From the NCBI GenBank assembly GCA_000388065.2, contig KB932215.1: a DNA stretch of 11,887 bases; one strand, given 5' to 3'. Positions 8,720-11,887 of this stretch are shown piece after piece. This DNA is from Fonticula alba ATCC 38817. Taxonomy: Eukaryota; Protista; Nucleariida. Every line of letters starts with the position of its first letter. Position 1 is the first letter of the stretch. Under the pieces are notes generated by a model, which was not told where the DNA came from, ran no database searches, and saw only the letters and a list, made by a program, of their open reading frames with translations. Position numbers and translations under genes: made by a program.

Positions 8720-8746
8720 AGTCCGTCCCTATGAGTGCCATGCGTG
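8720..8746 (+). CDS. Exon 3: 27-nt micro-exon of the cytoplasmic tail (ESVPMSAMR)
   Basis: It lies between the first AG after the branch sites (8719) and a GTACGT donor at 8747, and keeps the frame open. Confidence 0.6.
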
Positions 8747-8891
8747 GTACGTGTTTCGCCCTCCCGCTCCCTTTCCCTCCCTCGCCGCTCCCTCGCACAC
8801 GGGGGGGGGGGGTGCTATCGCATTTTGATTTGGCAGGGACGGGCCCGGCTTTGTTCTTGATGCTAACAGCCCGCTGCGATCTTCCATCTAG
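8747..8891 (+). other. Intron 3 (145 nt, phase 1)
   Basis: Donor GTACGT at 8747, branch TGCTAAC at 8861-8867, acceptor CTTCCATCTAG ending 8891. The AG at 8868-8869 is probably too close to the branch point to be used. Confidence 0.55.
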
Positions 8892-8896
8892 ACTGA
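8892..8896 (+). CDS. Terminal exon coding part (G|AC TGA = Asp, stop)
   Basis: Splicing 8746 to 8892 gives GAC TGA. The total CDS is 2389+120+27+5 = 2541 nt, or 846 aa plus stop. Confidence 0.5.
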
Positions 8897-9845
8897 TTGG
8901 CCAGGCGCGCCGGGCGAGCCATCGTCCGGGGCCCGGACGCGCCGTGCCGGCTCGCGGGCGTGTCGACGCTTGGGCCGAGGGCAAGTCCTGCTTGGTGGCC
9001 TCTTGCAATATGCTCAACAATTCACAGGCGTGCTATGGCTGCTTGCGGCCCGTGTTGGCGGCGCATGGAGAGGGGAGTGGTGCAGGCAGGCAGGCGACCG
9101 CCATGCGGGATATTGATCGAACGGGCTCGGGGCACGCCGCGGGGAGTGGGACAATGCGCAAGGGACCGGGGGGGGGGGGCCTGTGTTGGGCGCGAGGCCG
9201 AGCGAGTGGCCGGAGGCACGGGCGCAGGGGGCGAGGGCTCTTGATGCGGCCTACGGTCAGGGAGGGGGACTGTGGGGCTTCGACGCATGGGGAGGGGTGA
9301 ACGGGGACAGGCACAAAAGGGGCCCGAGGGTCAGGGGATGCTTGGCCGTTGGCTGGCTCGAGGGGGCGGGGCCGTTTTTGTCTCCGGGCTCGCTCGGCAC
9401 GCCGCCCTCTTGGACCGGGAGTTTGGGCGGATGTCGTGGCCTGGGGCTGGTTGGCGGGGAGGGGGGGGGGGGGGGGGGGCGGGCGGTGTGACGGGGCCGT
9501 CGGGGCCCGCCCCTCCGAGATGGCCGCCACTCGCCGGCTCTGGAAGCGTGGGCAATGTGGATGCGCCATAGCCGCCGAGGGCAGCGTCAGGTGGAATAAG
9601 GAGGGGGGGGGGGGGGGGAGAAGAGGGGCGGCGCATGCGGCCAAGTGTCCGAGAGGGGCCACGCAAAAAAGGCAGGGCAGCCCTCCGCACCGGGCACGCT
9701 GCGGCCCGCGGCCTGCGGGGCCAGGAGGGCGTGTGGCCATGCACAGGGAGCGCACGTGCAGTACAGCTTTCCGTCCCAGCAGGACCGGGGGGAGGGGGGG
9801 GGGGGGGGGCGCCCGCGGCCGATGCTCGCCCCCGCGTGTTGCCCG

Positions 9846-9856
9846 ATATATATATA
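9846..9856. promoter_or_regulatory. (AT)n run, TATA-like element with no assigned transcript
   Basis: ATATATATATA is isolated in very GC-rich sequence. Confidence 0.3.
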
Positions 9857-10063
9857 CGACCTTCGCCGGGTGCGCGTGGCGCGTGCGTCGCGGCAAGCGC
9901 AGAGAGGTGTTGGCGTGGTGTGCGTGTGTGTGTCCATTTTGTGAGCCCGGCGCGCTGGCCGGAGGGACCCTCCGGCAGTTTTTGCTCCTCCACGTGTGGG
10001 AACGCCCCTTTGTCCCGCGGTCCAAGGTCCTCTCCAACCGCCGGGCGAGCTCCCCCCGGTGTC

Positions 10064-10094
10064 NNNNNNNNNNNNNNNNNNNNNNNNNNNNNNN
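10064..10094. other. Assembly gap (31 N)
   Basis: Run of N. Confidence 1.
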
Positions 10095-10757
10095 GCTTTC
10101 CGTCCCAGCAGGACCGGGGGGAGGGGGGCGGGGGGGGGGCAAACCATCGCAACGCTGGGGCCACCGGGCGACAGAGCGCAGGTCGGCCTCCCACAGGGGA
10201 CACAGCACCTCGCGGAGACGCCATCCCCGGCCCGGGGACGACGGCGGCCGAGAGGGGAGGCCTCACCAAGGACCGGCCGGTGGTCAGTGGCCGCTGCCGA
10301 TCACGCCACGTCCCATATGTTGTGAAATGACACGCCTCCCGAGGGCATGTAGTGGAATCCCCGTGTGAACGATAAATCATACAACGCAGGAGGTCCTGGA
10401 GCACCGTGCTATGGAGTGGGGGTGACAACATCCCCAATAGCAATCCTCCACGAGGAATGCGTGGCAGGACCACAGCCAGGTGGCCTCCGAGGCCGAGCGC
10501 CGCAGGCACTCGACCGAGGATGGAGATACGCGAGGGGGCGAGCCCGATCGCGGGATTCTCAGTTCCCAACCCCGACCGAGTCCAAAGGTCGAAAGGGGGA
10601 CGGGAGCCTCCCGAGGGCGAGAAGACCTTGGCAGCTGTGTGTCGCGAAGAGTAAACATTAGTATGGCCGAAGCACCAGTCAGGCCGACGAGCACCAGTGC
10701 TGGGGCTACCTCTCGAACCCCTTTTTAGCATCCGAGTTCTCTCTATTTCGCTTGCCA

Positions 10758-10816
10758 CCCCTCTCCCCCTCTCTCCCCTCTACCCTCCTCTCCCCCCTCT
10801 CCCTCTCCCTCTCTCT
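10758..10816. repeat. Polypyrimidine (C/T) low-complexity tract
   Basis: About 59 nt of C/T with a single A, immediately before the second gap. Confidence 0.9.
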
Positions 10817-10874
10817 GGAAACAGACGACCNNNNNNNNNNCTCTCCCTCTCCCTCTCTCTGGAAACAGACGACC
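10797..10874. other. 10-N gap (10831-10840) flanked by an identical 34-nt sequence, probably an unmerged contig overlap
   Basis: CTCTCCCTCTCCCTCTCTCTGGAAACAGACGACC ends the left contig (10797-10830) and begins the right contig (10841-10874). Confidence 0.85.
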
Positions 10875-11505
10875 ATGAACCGCTGGTTAGTATGTTCCCT
10901 CTATTCATGCCTGGAGGTTGATAACCGGGCGGCAGATCACACTGGTGCCCTTCGTCGAGCTTCACTCACTTGACTTAGTCTTAACCCGTGTGACCCCTGC
11001 CACAGGTGTGACCTGGTATCGGGCGCTCTTCCGGAACTGCCCACGCTACCCAGGGAGCGTTCCGGACGCCACTATTTCAGCATCCCTTGTGAATCGGTAA
11101 ACCCGTTTCTCGAGGCATCGTCAAACAGATTTCGGAATATGCGCATTTACCTTCATCCCTGACTCGGCGCATTACGGGTTGATACGGGCCGAGAGAAGTT
11201 CTCGGTCCAACAAGGCTGAACGTTCCTCCCAACGGATGGTATCGCCGGCCCCGGTCCGCGCGGTCGGGGCCCGCTGGCGAGGCATTGCTGGGCTCCCCCT
11301 CCCGTCCGGCGGGGGACAGCTATTCCGGCTTTCTCCCTGGCCCGCCGCTCTGCGCTCGTGGGGTGTCGCCATGAGTCTTGAGGATGAGGATCCCTGTCGG
11401 CTGGTCGCCCTGCCGATTGGGCATTGCTTCCTCCTTCTCTCGCTCCTCTTTCCTTCCTTGCCTGCTTTTCCTCTCGGCCTCTTTCCTGGCTCCTTTCGTC
11501 CGGTG

Positions 11506-11887
11506 ATGCTGGTTTCGAAGGCGGTTGGACGGGCCCCGCGTTTGAGGGGCTCGCCGGCATTGGTGATGGCCGCCTGGCGGGGCTGGCCCCTCCTCGGGCG
11601 TGGCACGCCAGCCACCCGGGGCCCGATCTCCCCAGTGACCAAGCACATGCACGCGGCTGCAGCCGCCGAAATCAAGGCCCCCATGGGGATGTCGCTGGTC
11701 CATGTGCGGGCATTCTCCTCGGCCGCCGGAAGCACGACCACCAAGGTGGTGGCTACGTCCGCCGGGTGTGCGAATTACGACGCCGAGTGCGCCGGGGCGC
11801 GGCTCTGCCGGGCCATGGAGGCCGGGGAGGAGCCCCTGCCGCAGGGGTTCGACGATGTGGCGCACTTCCGGCTGTTCCTGCGGCTTG
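11506..11887 (+). CDS. 5' part of an uncharacterised protein with a probable mitochondrial presequence; runs off the window end
   Basis: Frame 1 is stop-free from 11101 to the end and is absent from the track because it has no stop. From ATG 11506, after a pyrimidine tract, it reads MLVSKAVGRAPRLRGSPALVMAAWRGWPLLGRGTPATRGPISPVTKHMHAAAAAEIKAPMGMSLVHVRAFSSAAGSTTTKVV...YDAECAGARLCRAMEAGEEPLPQGFDDVAHFRLFLRL. The sequence is R/A/L/S-rich with one acidic residue in the first ~90 aa and an RAF-SS cleavage-like motif. GC3 is high in the distal part. Other ATGs (11236, 11371, 11551, 11647) are possible. Confidence 0.65.
   Translation, partial: MLVSKAVGRAPRLRGSPALVMAAWRGWPLLGRGTPATRGPISPVTKHMHAAAAAEIKAPMGMSLVHVRAFSSAAGSTTTKVVATSAGCANYDAECAGARLCRAMEAGEEPLPQGFDDVAHFRLFLRL

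Larger units (their letters stand above)
9766..10140 (+). repeat. About 45-bp direct repeat pair (9766-9810 and 10095-10140)
   Basis: GCTTTCCGTCCCAGCAGGACCGGGGGGAG followed by poly-G and C occurs twice. The second copy starts right after the 31-N gap. Confidence 0.85.

Noticed and set aside
8981-9027. Possible GC-AG intron (GCAAGT...CACAG) in the 3' UTR
   Set aside because: The branch site is weak, it is only 47 nt long, and there is no reading-frame support.
9033-10758. ORFs spanning the N gap (391, 475, 339 aa and others)
   Set aside because: They are made of poly-Pro/poly-Gly from homopolymers and read through unknown bases.
10797-10874. 34-bp direct repeat as a target-site duplication or LTR
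   Set aside because: The copies sit exactly at the two contig ends around a 10-N gap, the typical signature of an unmerged overlap.
11190-11200. GAGAGAAG resembling the U6/U6atac core
   Set aside because: The flanking snRNA motifs are absent, and the sequence is part of a local hairpin.

Overview
This is GC-rich eukaryotic DNA (roughly 70-75% GC by eye) with spliceosomal intron signals (GTAYGT ... CTRAC ... YAG) and two assembly gaps. The splice style, composition and furin-repeat surface protein suggest a protist such as Fonticula alba; this is an inference, not a database result. The one well-supported gene is a + strand type I membrane protein. It has a signal peptide, 14 furin-like CxxC-xxx-CxxC repeats, one TM helix and a short tail. 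My spliced model is 5901-8289, 8366-8485, 8720-8746 and 8892-8896, giving 846 aa. The ORF track misses its TM because the TM sits on a separate exon. A second gene probably starts at 11506 with a mitochondrial-presequence-like N-terminus and runs off the window end. The rest is mostly non-coding. It contains a structured 12-bp minisatellite, a 38-bp tandem duplication, microsatellites, many + strand poly-G tracts, an AT-rich signal-dense island near 3600 and a lower-GC block at about 10300-11230. Most ORFs in the track look like GC-content artefacts. I found no rRNA, tRNA, CRISPR array or recognisable transposase/RT. I do not see a clearly new biological system. The best leads are the VSP-like surface protein with its modular phase-1 3' exons, the minisatellite and the orphan splice signals.
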